Positions 8,759 to 19,764 of a stretch of 64,000 bases of DNA are shown in pieces. The notes beneath the pieces are model-generated. The model searched no databases. It was given only the letters and a program-made list of their open reading frames with translations, and was not told the origin of the DNA. The DNA comes from a virus (lineage: Duplodnaviria > Heunggongvirae > Uroviricota > Caudoviricetes). The DNA is taken from the IMG/VR virus record IMGVR_UViG_2907227753_000005; one strand, 5' to 3'. Every line of letters starts with the position of its first letter. Position 1 is the stretch's first letter. A program made the translations under genes and the position numbers.

Positions 8759-11700
8759 TTACAGTCCTTTATAGTTACTGCCCATGTTCGCCTTAACATC
8801 ATTAGCGAACTGGTTGACGAGACCGCTGTTGTTCTTCTTGAGTGTTTTCTCAAGAGCAGAGGTCATTTTCTCAACGTCCTTGGTGTCGCCTGTCATGTTG
8901 TCGATGTTTACATGGACAGTGACGTTACCCGCCCCCACCATAACGCTCTTGTGGGTGTTGTTCTTAGTCATGTAGTCGAAGTAATCCATGACTTTGAGAC
9001 CACTTGGCAAGTTGAAGGTCGATTGAGATTGTGAGGTGTTCTTGTTGATCTCAGCAAGGTTCTTGGACTGCTCAACGCCGATGGACTGAAGCTGTTTGAA
9101 GATCGTCATGTACTCATCGGAGTTAGGGTTGAACCCACCAGTTTTCAGGAGAGTGTCCCACTCAGTCTTGAACCCTTCCAATTGTGCGTTCACGTCAGCT
9201 ACTCTTGCCTTCTCAAGTGCCTTGACTTCAGGAGCATCGTCCTTCCCGCCGTTAGCCGCCAGGAGATCGTACATCCTTTTGTCGTAGTCCATTTGAGTAA
9301 GGTCGAGCTGATCGGTCATCTTACGTTCGAGTTCGTCGATAGCAGAGTTCTTGACACCATCAATCTCAAGCTCTGTTTGAGCCTTCTGCGACTTCAGGTT
9401 ATCAAGCTCAGCTCCAACCTTGTCCTTCTCGTCACCGTCAGCCATCAGGTCGTATGTCTCCTGTAGCTTCTTGATCGCTTCATCGAAGAACTTCAGGTTT
9501 TCTCTGAGGTACTGCTCCATGAGATCACGCATTTGCTTAGAGTCCTCACGAACACCGCTAATGAGAAGTCGGGAACGGTTGATTTGATAGGTAGACTCGT
9601 TATGAGTCATGCCCTTGTTCATCTCACCACTGATCTTAGCCATCAACGTGTCTAGGCTCTCATAATCGAGAGTTTGGTTAGCACCGTCAGTTGCAGGATC
9701 AAGCAATCCGTCCTTGTTGGTGTCAAGAGGATGGTACTTGTTCTGCTCCTCCAACTTCTTGTTAAGCTCCATTTGGGCTTCGACCTTGGCTTCAGTGGCT
9801 TCCTGCTCGTAGTTGTACTTACTTGCAAGGGTTTCTTCGACGTACTTACCATCACCATCACGTACAGCCTGGAATCCTTCCCAATAGTCGCCCCAAGAAG
9901 GTGCATTACCTCCAAGCAGATTACTCACTCCGCTGAAGGCACCATCCCAAACGAGGTTAGCCCCTTTCCACCAAGCACCCAAGCCCGAGGATTCCTCCCA
10001 GTCTCGGAAGTTGTTAGCAAGTCCTTCCTTGTTCTCAGCTTGGATACCCTTCTTCTCAGAGTCGGTCATCCCCATTGCAGTCAGTGGGTCGATAGCCGCC
10101 ATCAGAAGGTCTGCCCCTGCCAACGCCGCTCCGATGTACGGGATTGCTTTCAGCGGTCTTGCAAGCTTCAGTCCTTTAGAGAGCGTATTACCAACGCCAC
10201 TAATCTTACCGAGGATTCCATTACCTCCCTTAGCCGCATCAGCCACGTTATCAGCCGCTCCTGCCGCCGCTCTACCTCTACGGACATCCCCTTCAGTAAG
10301 TGGGTTTCCGTCACGGTCGGTCAGAGGTCTGCCGTTAGCATCACGGGCAGGGATGCTGTCTCTAGCCATGTCGATCTCAGACTGACGGATAACATTTCCG
10401 TCAGGGTCACGGAGGATATCACCGTTGTTGTCCCGAGCAGGGGCTTTCTTGTTGAACAGAGAACCCAGACTCTTGGTTTGGAACACGTCCTTGATCTTAG
10501 TGAACACACCACGCTTGCCACCGCCACCGTTAGGAAGCAGATCTTTTGCCAGGAGACCCATCATTGCGTACTCAGCAAGACCCATACCAGTCTGACTTGC
10601 GGCACCTGCGGCACCTACACCCATTTCGTTGACCCCGAGGGCACCCGTGAGGTGGGCACGTTCAAGCTCCTTCATCTTGTTGACATACTTGGTAGCGTCC
10701 AGGGTTCCCTCTCTGAAAGAGTCGTTGAGCTTGTCAACTTCTCTTTTCAGCTTCGAGATGTCATCGTCCGACATTCCTGCTTCCTTACCGATCTTGTTGA
10801 TCTCCGCATCATATCGGGAAGCATCGACCGCCCCCGACTGGAACTCGCGGTTCAAGAAGTTCAGGTTGTTCTTCAGTTCCGTCGAATCCATACCCATGTC
10901 GTCCATTGCCAACGTCAGTGCCTTAGCACGGTTTTGGAGCTGAGTCATTGCCTGACCGTTTTCACCAAGCTCTGTGCTCAAGGCTTCAAGACTGCGTTTC
11001 GTCTTAGCGTCCTGCTCATCGAGGGAACCAAGCTCCTTACGAAGCTGTTCAACCTCTTTGCTCTTGGCTTTAGCAGTGTTGTCTGCTTGGTCACGCTCAG
11101 CGGCATGGAAAGAAGCGGCTGTGGTATCTCCATCAGCAACAGCCTTCTGATAGAGTTCTTGGTGCTGATCTCGTTTAGCTTGCAGTCCGAGAACTTCACC
11201 CTCCTTCTCCACTATCTTGGTGTTCACTTCAGCGCGGCGGGAATTACGGGCTTCCGCACGGCTTTGATGCTGTGCCATCTCCTCTTGAATACCAATACGT
11301 CTAAGGTTCTCCATCCGAGCGTTTTCGTTAAGAGCCATACCATAACTCTCAATCTTACTCGCCTGTTTCTTCTTATCTGCATTGTCAATCGCTTCATTCA
11401 GCTTGCCCCATGCGATTCTGACACCGACACCCGCCATGATTCGAGCGATAAGACCCATCGTGTCAGCAATACCTCCTGCGTTATCTCCGACGATGCGAAG
11501 GAATGCTGTAAGGTATGTCGCTAGGTTGGAGAACTCGCCTTTCAGTTCCTCCCAAGCTTCATAAGTAGCGACCTGCCAGGAGGTTTTAATTTGACTCTGA
11601 CGGAATTTCCAAGTGTCCATCATACCTGCACGGATGTACATGGCAGTGTTCTCGTCAGCCCCTTGGATTTGAGCAACATAAGCATCAATAGACTCCTTGA

Positions 11701-14700
11701 CACTCAGATTGCCATCTCCGTCCTTGTCACTACCTTCCGCATCTCCTGTTACGTGCATTACCTTCTCCATTGTGTGTTGAAGGTCGGCCGTGAACGCAGA
11801 TACCGCCGCCGCACTACCCATGTGCCATTGAGGGAATAGCTTCTGCCACATTTGGATGCGGGACTCATCGTTCATGGTGGCACTTGTCTCAAGGATACTA
11901 GCGAAGATGTCCGAGAAGTCTTTCTGTGAACCGTCTTCGTTGTACGGGTTGAGGTTTCCGTACACTTCAGGGTTAGTAGCCGCCATTGCCGCCAACTCAT
12001 CCCGACCCTTTTTGGTGTAAGGCTTGTCGAGAATCGCTTTCCAGAACGTACCTGATTCCGCACCTGAACGTGCAGTTGCCTGAACGAACATGGAGGAGTA
12101 TGCGATGGAGTGAGCAAGCGCAGTCTCTTTATCCTGATCACCCATGGCGTTACGGAACATAGAACCTGCCTTCTGTTGAGTTGCGATAAGGTCTTCGATC
12201 TTAGCCTGGGAGATGTTCGCCGCCATAATCATCATGTTAGTGACTTTATTGAGGGCGTAACCGCTGATACCCCATTGGGAGGAGATAGCTTCAAAACCCG
12301 TAGCAGTTTTCTCTACGTCTACTTCCTCAATCGAACGAACCTTAGCTACTTCCTTGGCGAAAGCAGTGGCTTCGTAAGGGTTGTCGTACCTACGGGAAGC
12401 GATGTGGTAAGCCAGTCCCACTTCCTCTTGGTCGATACCGTTAAGCAAGGCAATCATCTGAAGGTCTTTAACGGCACCAGTTTTCATGTACTCGTTAACC
12501 TGGGCGGTAGCTGTCTCCACCTCAGTAGCCTTTTGTTGCTCAGTGAGTGTGCCGCCGTACTTCTGCTCCAACATATCCATCGCACCTTCGACCAGTACCT
12601 CACCTAGTCGGGACATGTTCGGAAGCAACTCGGGAGCAGTCACTTCTTCACCATCGACGCTCGTAGTGTAGGTTCCACCCGTTTGCTCAAGGTACTTGAT
12701 TTGGAAGTTCTGATTTGCCTTAGCCAGTTGGTAATCCATCTCCTTAGCCGACTGGAAGGATTCATTCAGGAGCATTGTAGGGTAACCCATGACTGCACCC
12801 GCCGTGATGTAGCGCATCGTGTTGAGTACCGAAGTACCAAACCCTCCAAACGCACTGTTGGCTTGTTGGTTTCTCTTGTCTTGGACAGGGTTACTCATGT
12901 AGTTTCCAAGGATGTCACCCGATCTTCCGAGGTTAGAACCGATGGAACTGGAAGCTCTCAAGGCATTCTGTGTTACCATTTGCAACGCTTCGCTGTGTTT
13001 GAACAGCTCACCCGTAGCTTTGTCAATGGAACCAGTCAGTGTTCTGAGGTTACCTTCAGCATCCCGCATCTTAGCTGTCCAGGTGTTCGTAGCGTTGTTC
13101 ACGTTCAACTGTGTGATCTCGTAGCCTTTGAGAGCATCTACGGTCTTCAGCACAGCGTTCAGTTGCTCCGTGAATACTGCCTTGTCACCTTTCAAGATGT
13201 TGGACTCACCGATCTTCTCGCCCCGCTTCTGCTTCTGAGCTTGCAAAGCCTTCAGCTCTCTGTTGGTCTTCATTAGCTCGTCACGGTACAGACGCGCTTG
13301 TACGATGTCACCATCCGTGATTGCTTTGTCGATCATTTCACCGAGCTTAGCAATCGAGGACACATCTACAAGGTTGTCAAGCTTCAGAGCTTCCAGGTCT
13401 CTACGAAGCTTGATGAGCTTCGTTTGGAAGGACTCGTCTGCCGCCAGTGCGTTGTATCTACGAGCGATCTCTGCCAGTTGGATGTTCAGGGTCTTCATCA
13501 TAGCCTGTACATTAGCCGCATCCGTGTCGTTATTGATTGGAGCCGCTGTTACCGAACCGATACGGGCTTTGTGTGCATCCAGGTCGGATACCAACTTAGC
13601 GTAGTCATCGGAGGATAGCTTACGAAGGTACTTGTCCTTCATCTTATCCATAGCAACCGTTTGGTTGGCATCGTACATTCTGCGATTCAGGTCAACCCCC
13701 GCCAACCGATTAGCAACCTTCTCCTCTGCAATGCGTTGAGCTTGCAGTTCGAGAACACGGTTCAGGGCATCCTTAGCAGGGTTCATCCGAGTAGCATCAG
13801 TGGCTACCGCATTGATGGCGTTCTGTACTGCTTGAATCTCCGCTTGATCGACCTTACCGATCTGACGAATCTTTTCGAGCTTAGCGTTCAGGACATCCAT
13901 CTCACGGGACACTCTGTTATCCTTCAGCACGTTATCCCACGATGTAGCGATCTCCTTCACACGGTTCAGGATTGTCGCCATATCTTCCTTGATGACAGAC
14001 AGGCTTGAGAAGTCCGTGATTGGGCTTCTTACAAGATCGCCTACTCGACCAAGGTGATTGGATACTTGGGACTGAAGGGTAGCGTAGTCTTCATTGGACA
14101 ACTTGTTACGGTACTTGCCTAGGAGCCTGTCAGCCCCTACCCGTTGATTGTCCTCGAACACTCTCAGGCGTTCCTCCATAGCCATCTTGCTGTTAGCGAG
14201 AGACTGCTGACGAACCATTTCCCTCTTAGCTTCGGATTCTGCTTTCGCTTCAGCTCTACGCTGTTCCGCTTGAAGTGCGCGATTATCTCTCACTAGATCG
14301 GCGTAGTAGTCCTTGGCTTGGCTGAACTTCGTAGGGTCAGAGTACGATCCGTTGATGAGGTCTCCCAGGTGAGCGATCTTATTGATAGGTAGTTGGCTGT
14401 TCATGAGAAGTCGGTTCATCTTCTCACTCAGCTTGTCAATCTGCCCTTCCATTCCGCTGACCTTCGCCATTCTGTCGAACCCTTTGGAGATTACGTCAAG
14501 CTCACGGTTCAGCTCACGCATTTCCATCCGAGCGTTGGTGATGTCTTTCTCGTTGATGATGTCGGAGGATGCGAGTCTGTTGACCTTAGCCTGTACCTCG
14601 TTCAGGTAGTTCTCAAGCATAGTGAACTGTTCAGGGTTCAGCTTGTTAAGGAACTTGGTCTTCATACTCTCAACGTTTAATTGAGTGTCGTAGCCATATT

Positions 14701-17700
14701 CCCTCAGCTTACCTTTCATCTCAGTCGCATTCGCTTGAGTCGTGGAACCCATGTTCATCTTGCGGAACTGTTCCACTGTGTATCTCAGAGACAGAGAAGC
14801 ATCCAGGATTGCATCACGCAGGGTTTGGTACGGAGACTGATCTCCAACGCGATGACCTTGTTGGAATCTGCTGACCGCTTCCTGCACACGAGCCAAGTAT
14901 TCCTTGTCGAGGAAGTTATGGAGCTGACCTTTTTGCTCATTGGTCAGGTCACTGTTCTCGAAACGGTTCTTGGTGTTCAGCACCTTGATCTGCGCTTCTC
15001 TCTCCCAACGGTTCATCATGTCGAACTCGTTGTATCCCTTCGGCAACTTGTCTGCTGTTGGGTAACGAGGGTCTACCAAGGCGGTCGATCTCGGGTTACC
15101 TACTAAGGGGTTATTGGCTTCCCCGAATGGGAATGGACGTGGAGCCGCCGCATTCACCGCCGCGCCCGCAGGTGGACGGTACCCGATACTTTGGGTTACT
15201 GGAGGAAGGTTCTTAATTCCGTCAATGGCACCCTTGTAGAATGCGTCCAGGTTCTTGGTCAGCGCTTCAACCATTCTGAACTGAACAGTGTCCATCATCT
15301 CTCCCACACGCCTAACCATTACGTGAACGCTAGTCAGGTCAGGTTGAATATCTACCCTACCAAGAGCTTCACCGTATGCAGAGATCGCGGAAGTCGTGTT
15401 CTTAGCCACAGAGTTATGGAACATGTTCATTACCTGACGAACACCCTCTGTCATTACCTGTCCAGTAGCCTTCTCAAGGGACACTCCCGCCTTGAACGCC
15501 TTCTCCCAATCGGATACTCTGTCGAACCCTTCTGCTGTAGCCAAGGCACGTCTTACATCCTTATGGAGTTGTTTAGGGTTCATGAAGATCGCGTTCGCTC
15601 CATCAGCGATACCACCAACGCCTTCGACCACTTTGTTGGAAGCCATGTGCATCATAGACTGCATGGCTTTCCGCATGTGTGCCATAGGTGCGTCTGCCGC
15701 AACGTTGAGTGGGGTCGCTTCAGGCTTCCAAGCCGCAATGTTTGCCATGACCGCTTCCTCAAGTTTCTTTTGGACGTGAGTGACAGCACCCGTAAGAACC
15801 AGTGGCTCTTTAGCGTCCAGGAAGGTTACGTTACTTTGAGCGATCATACGGTTCAGTTCAGTACTCAGCTTTCCGTGCATTGCTTCGGTTGTTGCGGCAG
15901 TCATTGCGAATGCCCCGAACGCATTGTCTACGGCTTTAGAGAACTCAGTGACCGTCTTCTGAAGCGTGGACTCCATCTCTTGCTTGATACGAGCCTGATC
16001 GTCTTTCGTGAAGGAAGCGAAGCCCTTGGCGTTGATTCCCTCTGCAAGGGAACGGGCATTCTGTGCCGCTTGATTGACGATCAACTTGATAAGCTCCTTG
16101 GACTCTTGAGCCATTACAGCATCGAGCTGAGCAGTGTCTTCCGCAGAAGGTTTTGCACCCGCCCCCTGACGCAGTTGAGCAAGAAGATGTTCTGACTGAG
16201 TGCTAAGGATCGCTTTCAGTGCTGTATTGATCGCAGTAGTAGTGCCTTCGGGCAGAGTTACAGAACCTACGGTACCTGCTTCTCCGTGAGGTACTGCTTT
16301 GAATCCTTGAACCATCTCTTTAATCACATTCTCAATCTCAGCTAGAACGCGAGGACGAAGTTGGTCTACAGGAAGGTCTACTCTAACCTCTCCCAACTTA
16401 GAGGAGTCATATCGGAAAGAGGTTACGTTAGTGATAGCACGAGCGAAGGAGTTAAGGACATCCTTGTTGCTTGCTGTCAGTTGAGCTGTCATCTTATCCA
16501 AGGACTCCTGGGAATCCACGAGCATCTTAGCTCTCATCTGCTTAGACCACTCGTTGAAGTGGGCGATGATGAGGTTGAAGTCGATGCCCAGGTTTGCTTG
16601 GGACAGGTTCTTCACTGCACTCTCAGCAGATGCAATCAGAAGCTCCTGCACTCCCTTGATACTAGCAACCCATTTGTTTGTTTCTGCCGAGCCTTTAGTG
16701 GATGCGCCCGAGGATGGGTCGATACCAAGACGAGCCGCTAATCCAGTCACGATACCGTTGATCTCAGCCTGGATGTGGTTGTTAACGATGTGACCTACAT
16801 TGTCGAGGGTAGCCTTGTAGTTGGCGTACTCCTTAGTTCCCACAGGGATAGTCTTGATCTCCTCACCAACAGAAGTGATAAGAGAACCGACCTTATCGAC
16901 AACAGTAGTTCTAAGCTCTTGAATCTTACCCATTACAGCAGTAAGCTCTTTGCTTGTACCGTTCAATTTCAGACCTTTCAATTCAGCATCGAGCTGAGTG
17001 ATCTGAGCCACAGTAGTCTCCATAGCCGCACGGAAGTTCATCATCCCCTTGTCCAGGTTAGGTAGCTTCTTCAGCTCATCCAGGTTAACGTTCAGGAGAT
17101 GTTTGTCGATGTCTCCAATGGCTTCCTTGATGCGGGACACAGCCATGTTAAGTCGAGCAGAGTCGATCTGTACTGGTTGGATATTACCGATGGTGATGTT
17201 CTTAGGATCACTGATGTGTTTCATGAACTCCGTAGACACGGAAGTCATTAGCGTTTTCAGGTGCTCCTCGCCCACCTCGAACTTCATAGGCTTAGGAACC
17301 TTTGCAAGCGTACCGTCCTTCATCTCCTTCGTAGCAGTACCCCACGCAAAGGACATGCGGTTGGTGATTGCCGCTTGAAGTTCAGTATTGAATCTGTTTT
17401 GCAGTTCACGGAATCCGTACTCGGAGAACACGAAAGGCTTGACGTTCCCTACTTTGATGGAGGACTGGTCAATGGCTTCCTTGATCTTGGTACGTACTTC
17501 AGAAGTCATGCTACTCCACTTCTTCTGAGTCAGATTAATAGACAGTGGTGCTAGGTCTCCTTCGATGGTAACCTTACCGCTAGTCAACTTAGAAGCGATA
17601 GCAGACTCTACCGCAGATTGAATGTTCTTTGCATTGAGCTTCAGGTTAGAACCGTCTTTGATCTCTCCAACCGCTTTGGCGATCTTGTCACCAATAGCGA

Positions 17701-17911
17701 GGTTCATACGCTCTGTATCGTTAGCAACTTTGTGAACAGCGTCCGAGAGGGTATTAAAAGATGTCCCGAGCTTTGAAACCTCACCCGCGAACTCTCCCGT
17801 CTTAGTAACGGACTGTCCAAAGTCCATTAAAATCTCAGTTGTTAATGAGTGTTTTTGCCCTTGAGTTTCAGCCATTACGATCACCGTCCTCATAAATAAA
17901 TCCCGTTCCAC
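8759..17911 (-). CDS. Tail tape measure protein (3050 aa)
   Basis: Very large, low-complexity, alpha-helical and coiled-coil-rich ORF. It has Gly-rich central segments and sits after the two chaperone ORFs. Every plus-strand ORF over this interval is an antisense artefact. Confidence 0.85.
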   Translation of the reverse strand: MERDLFMRTVIVMAETQGQKHSLTTEILMDFGQSVTKTGEFAGEVSKLGTSFNTLSDAVHKVANDTERMNLAIGDKIAKAVGEIKDGSNLKLNAKNIQSAVESAIASKLTSGKVTIEGDLAPLSINLTQKKWSSMTSEVRTKIKEAIDQSSIKVGNVKPFVFSEYGFRELQNRFNTELQAAITNRMSFAWGTATKEMKDGTLAKVPKPMKFEVGEEHLKTLMTSVSTEFMKHISDPKNITIGNIQPVQIDSARLNMAVSRIKEAIGDIDKHLLNVNLDELKKLPNLDKGMMNFRAAMETTVAQITQLDAELKGLKLNGTSKELTAVMGKIQELRTTVVDKVGSLITSVGEEIKTIPVGTKEYANYKATLDNVGHIVNNHIQAEINGIVTGLAARLGIDPSSGASTKGSAETNKWVASIKGVQELLIASAESAVKNLSQANLGIDFNLIIAHFNEWSKQMRAKMLVDSQESLDKMTAQLTASNKDVLNSFARAITNVTSFRYDSSKLGEVRVDLPVDQLRPRVLAEIENVIKEMVQGFKAVPHGEAGTVGSVTLPEGTTTAINTALKAILSTQSEHLLAQLRQGAGAKPSAEDTAQLDAVMAQESKELIKLIVNQAAQNARSLAEGINAKGFASFTKDDQARIKQEMESTLQKTVTEFSKAVDNAFGAFAMTAATTEAMHGKLSTELNRMIAQSNVTFLDAKEPLVLTGAVTHVQKKLEEAVMANIAAWKPEATPLNVAADAPMAHMRKAMQSMMHMASNKVVEGVGGIADGANAIFMNPKQLHKDVRRALATAEGFDRVSDWEKAFKAGVSLEKATGQVMTEGVRQVMNMFHNSVAKNTTSAISAYGEALGRVDIQPDLTSVHVMVRRVGEMMDTVQFRMVEALTKNLDAFYKGAIDGIKNLPPVTQSIGYRPPAGAAVNAAAPRPFPFGEANNPLVGNPRSTALVDPRYPTADKLPKGYNEFDMMNRWEREAQIKVLNTKNRFENSDLTNEQKGQLHNFLDKEYLARVQEAVSRFQQGHRVGDQSPYQTLRDAILDASLSLRYTVEQFRKMNMGSTTQANATEMKGKLREYGYDTQLNVESMKTKFLNKLNPEQFTMLENYLNEVQAKVNRLASSDIINEKDITNARMEMRELNRELDVISKGFDRMAKVSGMEGQIDKLSEKMNRLLMNSQLPINKIAHLGDLINGSYSDPTKFSQAKDYYADLVRDNRALQAEQRRAEAKAESEAKREMVRQQSLANSKMAMEERLRVFEDNQRVGADRLLGKYRNKLSNEDYATLQSQVSNHLGRVGDLVRSPITDFSSLSVIKEDMATILNRVKEIATSWDNVLKDNRVSREMDVLNAKLEKIRQIGKVDQAEIQAVQNAINAVATDATRMNPAKDALNRVLELQAQRIAEEKVANRLAGVDLNRRMYDANQTVAMDKMKDKYLRKLSSDDYAKLVSDLDAHKARIGSVTAAPINNDTDAANVQAMMKTLNIQLAEIARRYNALAADESFQTKLIKLRRDLEALKLDNLVDVSSIAKLGEMIDKAITDGDIVQARLYRDELMKTNRELKALQAQKQKRGEKIGESNILKGDKAVFTEQLNAVLKTVDALKGYEITQLNVNNATNTWTAKMRDAEGNLRTLTGSIDKATGELFKHSEALQMVTQNALRASSSIGSNLGRSGDILGNYMSNPVQDKRNQQANSAFGGFGTSVLNTMRYITAGAVMGYPTMLLNESFQSAKEMDYQLAKANQNFQIKYLEQTGGTYTTSVDGEEVTAPELLPNMSRLGEVLVEGAMDMLEQKYGGTLTEQQKATEVETATAQVNEYMKTGAVKDLQMIALLNGIDQEEVGLAYHIASRRYDNPYEATAFAKEVAKVRSIEEVDVEKTATGFEAISSQWGISGYALNKVTNMMIMAANISQAKIEDLIATQQKAGSMFRNAMGDQDKETALAHSIAYSSMFVQATARSGAESGTFWKAILDKPYTKKGRDELAAMAATNPEVYGNLNPYNEDGSQKDFSDIFASILETSATMNDESRIQMWQKLFPQWHMGSAAAVSAFTADLQHTMEKVMHVTGDAEGSDKDGDGNLSVKESIDAYVAQIQGADENTAMYIRAGMMDTWKFRQSQIKTSWQVATYEAWEELKGEFSNLATYLTAFLRIVGDNAGGIADTMGLIARIMAGVGVRIAWGKLNEAIDNADKKKQASKIESYGMALNENARMENLRRIGIQEEMAQHQSRAEARNSRRAEVNTKIVEKEGEVLGLQAKRDQHQELYQKAVADGDTTAASFHAAERDQADNTAKAKSKEVEQLRKELGSLDEQDAKTKRSLEALSTELGENGQAMTQLQNRAKALTLAMDDMGMDSTELKNNLNFLNREFQSGAVDASRYDAEINKIGKEAGMSDDDISKLKREVDKLNDSFREGTLDATKYVNKMKELERAHLTGALGVNEMGVGAAGAASQTGMGLAEYAMMGLLAKDLLPNGGGGKRGVFTKIKDVFQTKSLGSLFNKKAPARDNNGDILRDPDGNVIRQSEIDMARDSIPARDANGRPLTDRDGNPLTEGDVRRGRAAAGAADNVADAAKGGNGILGKISGVGNTLSKGLKLARPLKAIPYIGAALAGADLLMAAIDPLTAMGMTDSEKKGIQAENKEGLANNFRDWEESSGLGAWWKGANLVWDGAFSGVSNLLGGNAPSWGDYWEGFQAVRDGDGKYVEETLASKYNYEQEATEAKVEAQMELNKKLEEQNKYHPLDTNKDGLLDPATDGANQTLDYESLDTLMAKISGEMNKGMTHNESTYQINRSRLLISGVREDSKQMRDLMEQYLRENLKFFDEAIKKLQETYDLMADGDEKDKVGAELDNLKSQKAQTELEIDGVKNSAIDELERKMTDQLDLTQMDYDKRMYDLLAANGGKDDAPEVKALEKARVADVNAQLEGFKTEWDTLLKTGGFNPNSDEYMTIFKQLQSIGVEQSKNLAEINKNTSQSQSTFNLPSGLKVMDYFDYMTKNNTHKSVMVGAGNVTVHVNIDNMTGDTKDVEKMTSALEKTLKKNNSGLVNQFANDVKANMGSNYKGL

Positions 17912-17942
17912 CTTAGTTTAGGCAGAACGGGACAGAACTCAC

Positions 17943-18281
17943 TTATCCTCCGAGAGCTTGTGCTAAGAGACCAATGTCGTCTTCTCCAATCTCGGTATAA
18001 TCTTCATCATCGTAGGTTCTCTTACGTCTAATAGTACCGTCAGCTCCGACTGACTCTCCTCCCCCACCGCCGCCACCGAACATGCGGAGAGGTGCTGTCA
18101 TAAGCTCTACCTCGAATTGAATGTACTTCTCGGCTGACTTACACAGCTCCGCGACCTGAGGGAGTGTGTACTCCCAAATCTCCCACTTGTTCAGTCCACA
18201 GTGCTTATGGAGGGTGAAGAAAATCTCTCCCCAGTGTAGTGGCTCCTGTGTCTCCACATCACGGATTTCGGTGCCCTCCAT
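17943..18281 (-). CDS. Tail assembly chaperone, second ORF, possibly the frameshift extension
   Basis: Small acidic ORF directly upstream of TMP with a Gly run (GGGGGG). This is the classic G/GT-like arrangement. Confidence 0.5.
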   Translation of the reverse strand: MEGTEIRDVETQEPLHWGEIFFTLHKHCGLNKWEIWEYTLPQVAELCKSAEKYIQFEVELMTAPLRMFGGGGGGGESVGADGTIRRKRTYDDEDYTEIGEDDIGLLAQALGG

Positions 18282-18301
18282 CGGCTCCCCCTCGTCGCGT
18301 T

Positions 18302-18781
18302 CTACTTTTTTAGACCGTTGAGACCGATAAGGATGTCGATGACCTTACGGGTAGAGTTCAGATCAAGGTACTCGTCCAGGTAATCCCGATTGACGATGTA
18401 CTCCCCGCCCTCACCTCTTGTGACGATATGTGGGTAGTTCTTAAATGCCATAGCGAGAATGTCGAACAGGTCTTGCTGGCGCTTCTCATCCTGCTCCTCG
18501 TCATCTGTAGGGATGAAGTTGAGGATGATCGCATCCACATTAACTGTCTTCAAGAGCTTCATAAGGCGACGAGCATCTTTCAAGTTACATGGTGGGATAC
18601 GATACTTCCGTCTATCTCGCAGTGTAATGACTTCATCATCCTCGAAGAAAGCCCGCTCAGCCGCGTCTGCTTCCTCCTGGGTAACCTGCTTATTGGCAGG
18701 GTCATTCTTAAAACGTTCTGCGGCTTCAGCATTAAGCTTCTCAGCCAGTTCTCGTTCTTCGCGCTCTTTATCTGTTTCCAT
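18302..18781 (-). CDS. Tail assembly chaperone (159 aa)
   Basis: Acidic small protein between the tail tube gene and TMP. Confidence 0.55.
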   Translation of the reverse strand: METDKEREERELAEKLNAEAAERFKNDPANKQVTQEEADAAERAFFEDDEVITLRDRRKYRIPPCNLKDARRLMKLLKTVNVDAIILNFIPTDDEEQDEKRQQDLFDILAMAFKNYPHIVTRGEGGEYIVNRDYLDEYLDLNSTRKVIDILIGLNGLKK

Positions 18782-18905
18782 GATGTGAACCTCCCCTGAG
18801 TTTATGTACTCCCCCGAATAATAAAAAACCCTGGCAAGGCAAGGGTCTGTGCAGGGGAGGACACAGATTCCGTTCGATACCTTGCCAGGATTATGTGGTT
18901 ACGTC

Positions 18906-19733
18906 TTAGACGCGGGATGTCGCGCTGAAGCGTTTGATGCTTCCCAGTTTACCGTCAGCCCGTTCAGGGTCGAGGATTTGCAGGGAGATCGCAGACGCGG
19001 AAGCCGAAGCACGTTGAGCGTTAATGCTGAACGTACCTTTAGCACGGCACATGTACAGCTCGGTTTCAACACCCGCATACGTGCCATCCTTTTGTTGGAA
19101 TGTACCGTGGTGGATCACAGAGATCGGGAACGGTACTTCGTCAACAAGCAGGTCAACCAGGTCAACGACTTCTTCACGCTTGTAGTTCATCACGGTGTCT
19201 TTACCAATGTGAGCGTTGTTCAGGACAACCACTCCGTTGGTGTCATCGTAGAAGAACTCATCAGCCGCGATAGTAGCAGGTAGAGTCCCGCCTGGAAGTT
19301 TCTTCAGCAACTTGTTCGCGTCTTTCAGTCGAACAGCAAGCTCTCCGTCTGCTCCGTAGATAGTACTTGCGAAGTTTGGAGCAACCTCAGCAAACCCCGA
19401 ATTGAAGGTTCCCGCAGTCGCTTGATCCTGCTCGTTCAGTACCCATACGAAGGAGTTGACTTGCTCTTGGACTGTGGAACCCATCATCAACTGAATGGCA
19501 TCCAGGTCGAACTTCGCGTCAGTCGCGGATACCTCAATCGACTTGGACTTAACCAATACGTCGATTGCGAATAGACCGTCACCGCCGAAGATGTCCTCAA
19601 GTTCTACGTTGAGGTCGATTTTCAGGTCTTGCAGAGTACCGAGAGTAATTACCTCTACAGCACCCAACGGGTCAGCAGGAAGGCGTTTAGCCATGAAGGT
19701 ACCTACGCCCTTGATAATCATTTTCTTTGCCAT
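18906..19733 (-). CDS. Major tail (tube) protein; probable start at MAKKMIIKG
   Basis: An internal ATG at 19733 is preceded by AAAAGGAG at about 10 nt. At roughly 275 aa the protein is the right size for a siphovirus tube protein, and it sits directly upstream of the chaperones. Confidence 0.6.
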   Translation of the reverse strand: MAKKMIIKGVGTFMAKRLPADPLGAVEVITLGTLQDLKIDLNVELEDIFGGDGLFAIDVLVKSKSIEVSATDAKFDLDAIQLMMGSTVQEQVNSFVWVLNEQDQATAGTFNSGFAEVAPNFASTIYGADGELAVRLKDANKLLKKLPGGTLPATIAADEFFYDDTNGVVVLNNAHIGKDTVMNYKREEVVDLVDLLVDEVPFPISVIHHGTFQQKDGTYAGVETELYMCRAKGTFSINAQRASASASAISLQILDPERADGKLGSIKRFSATSRV

Positions 19734-19764
19734 CGACTCGTTCACTCCTTTTGTTAGTAAAAGT

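Noticed and set aside
9674-11524. 616-aa plus-strand ORF, and many other plus-strand ORFs between 8.7 and 17.9 kb
   Set aside because: They are entirely antisense to the tape measure gene. The low-complexity, Ser/Leu/Val-rich translations are the usual mirror-frame artefacts of a long biased gene.
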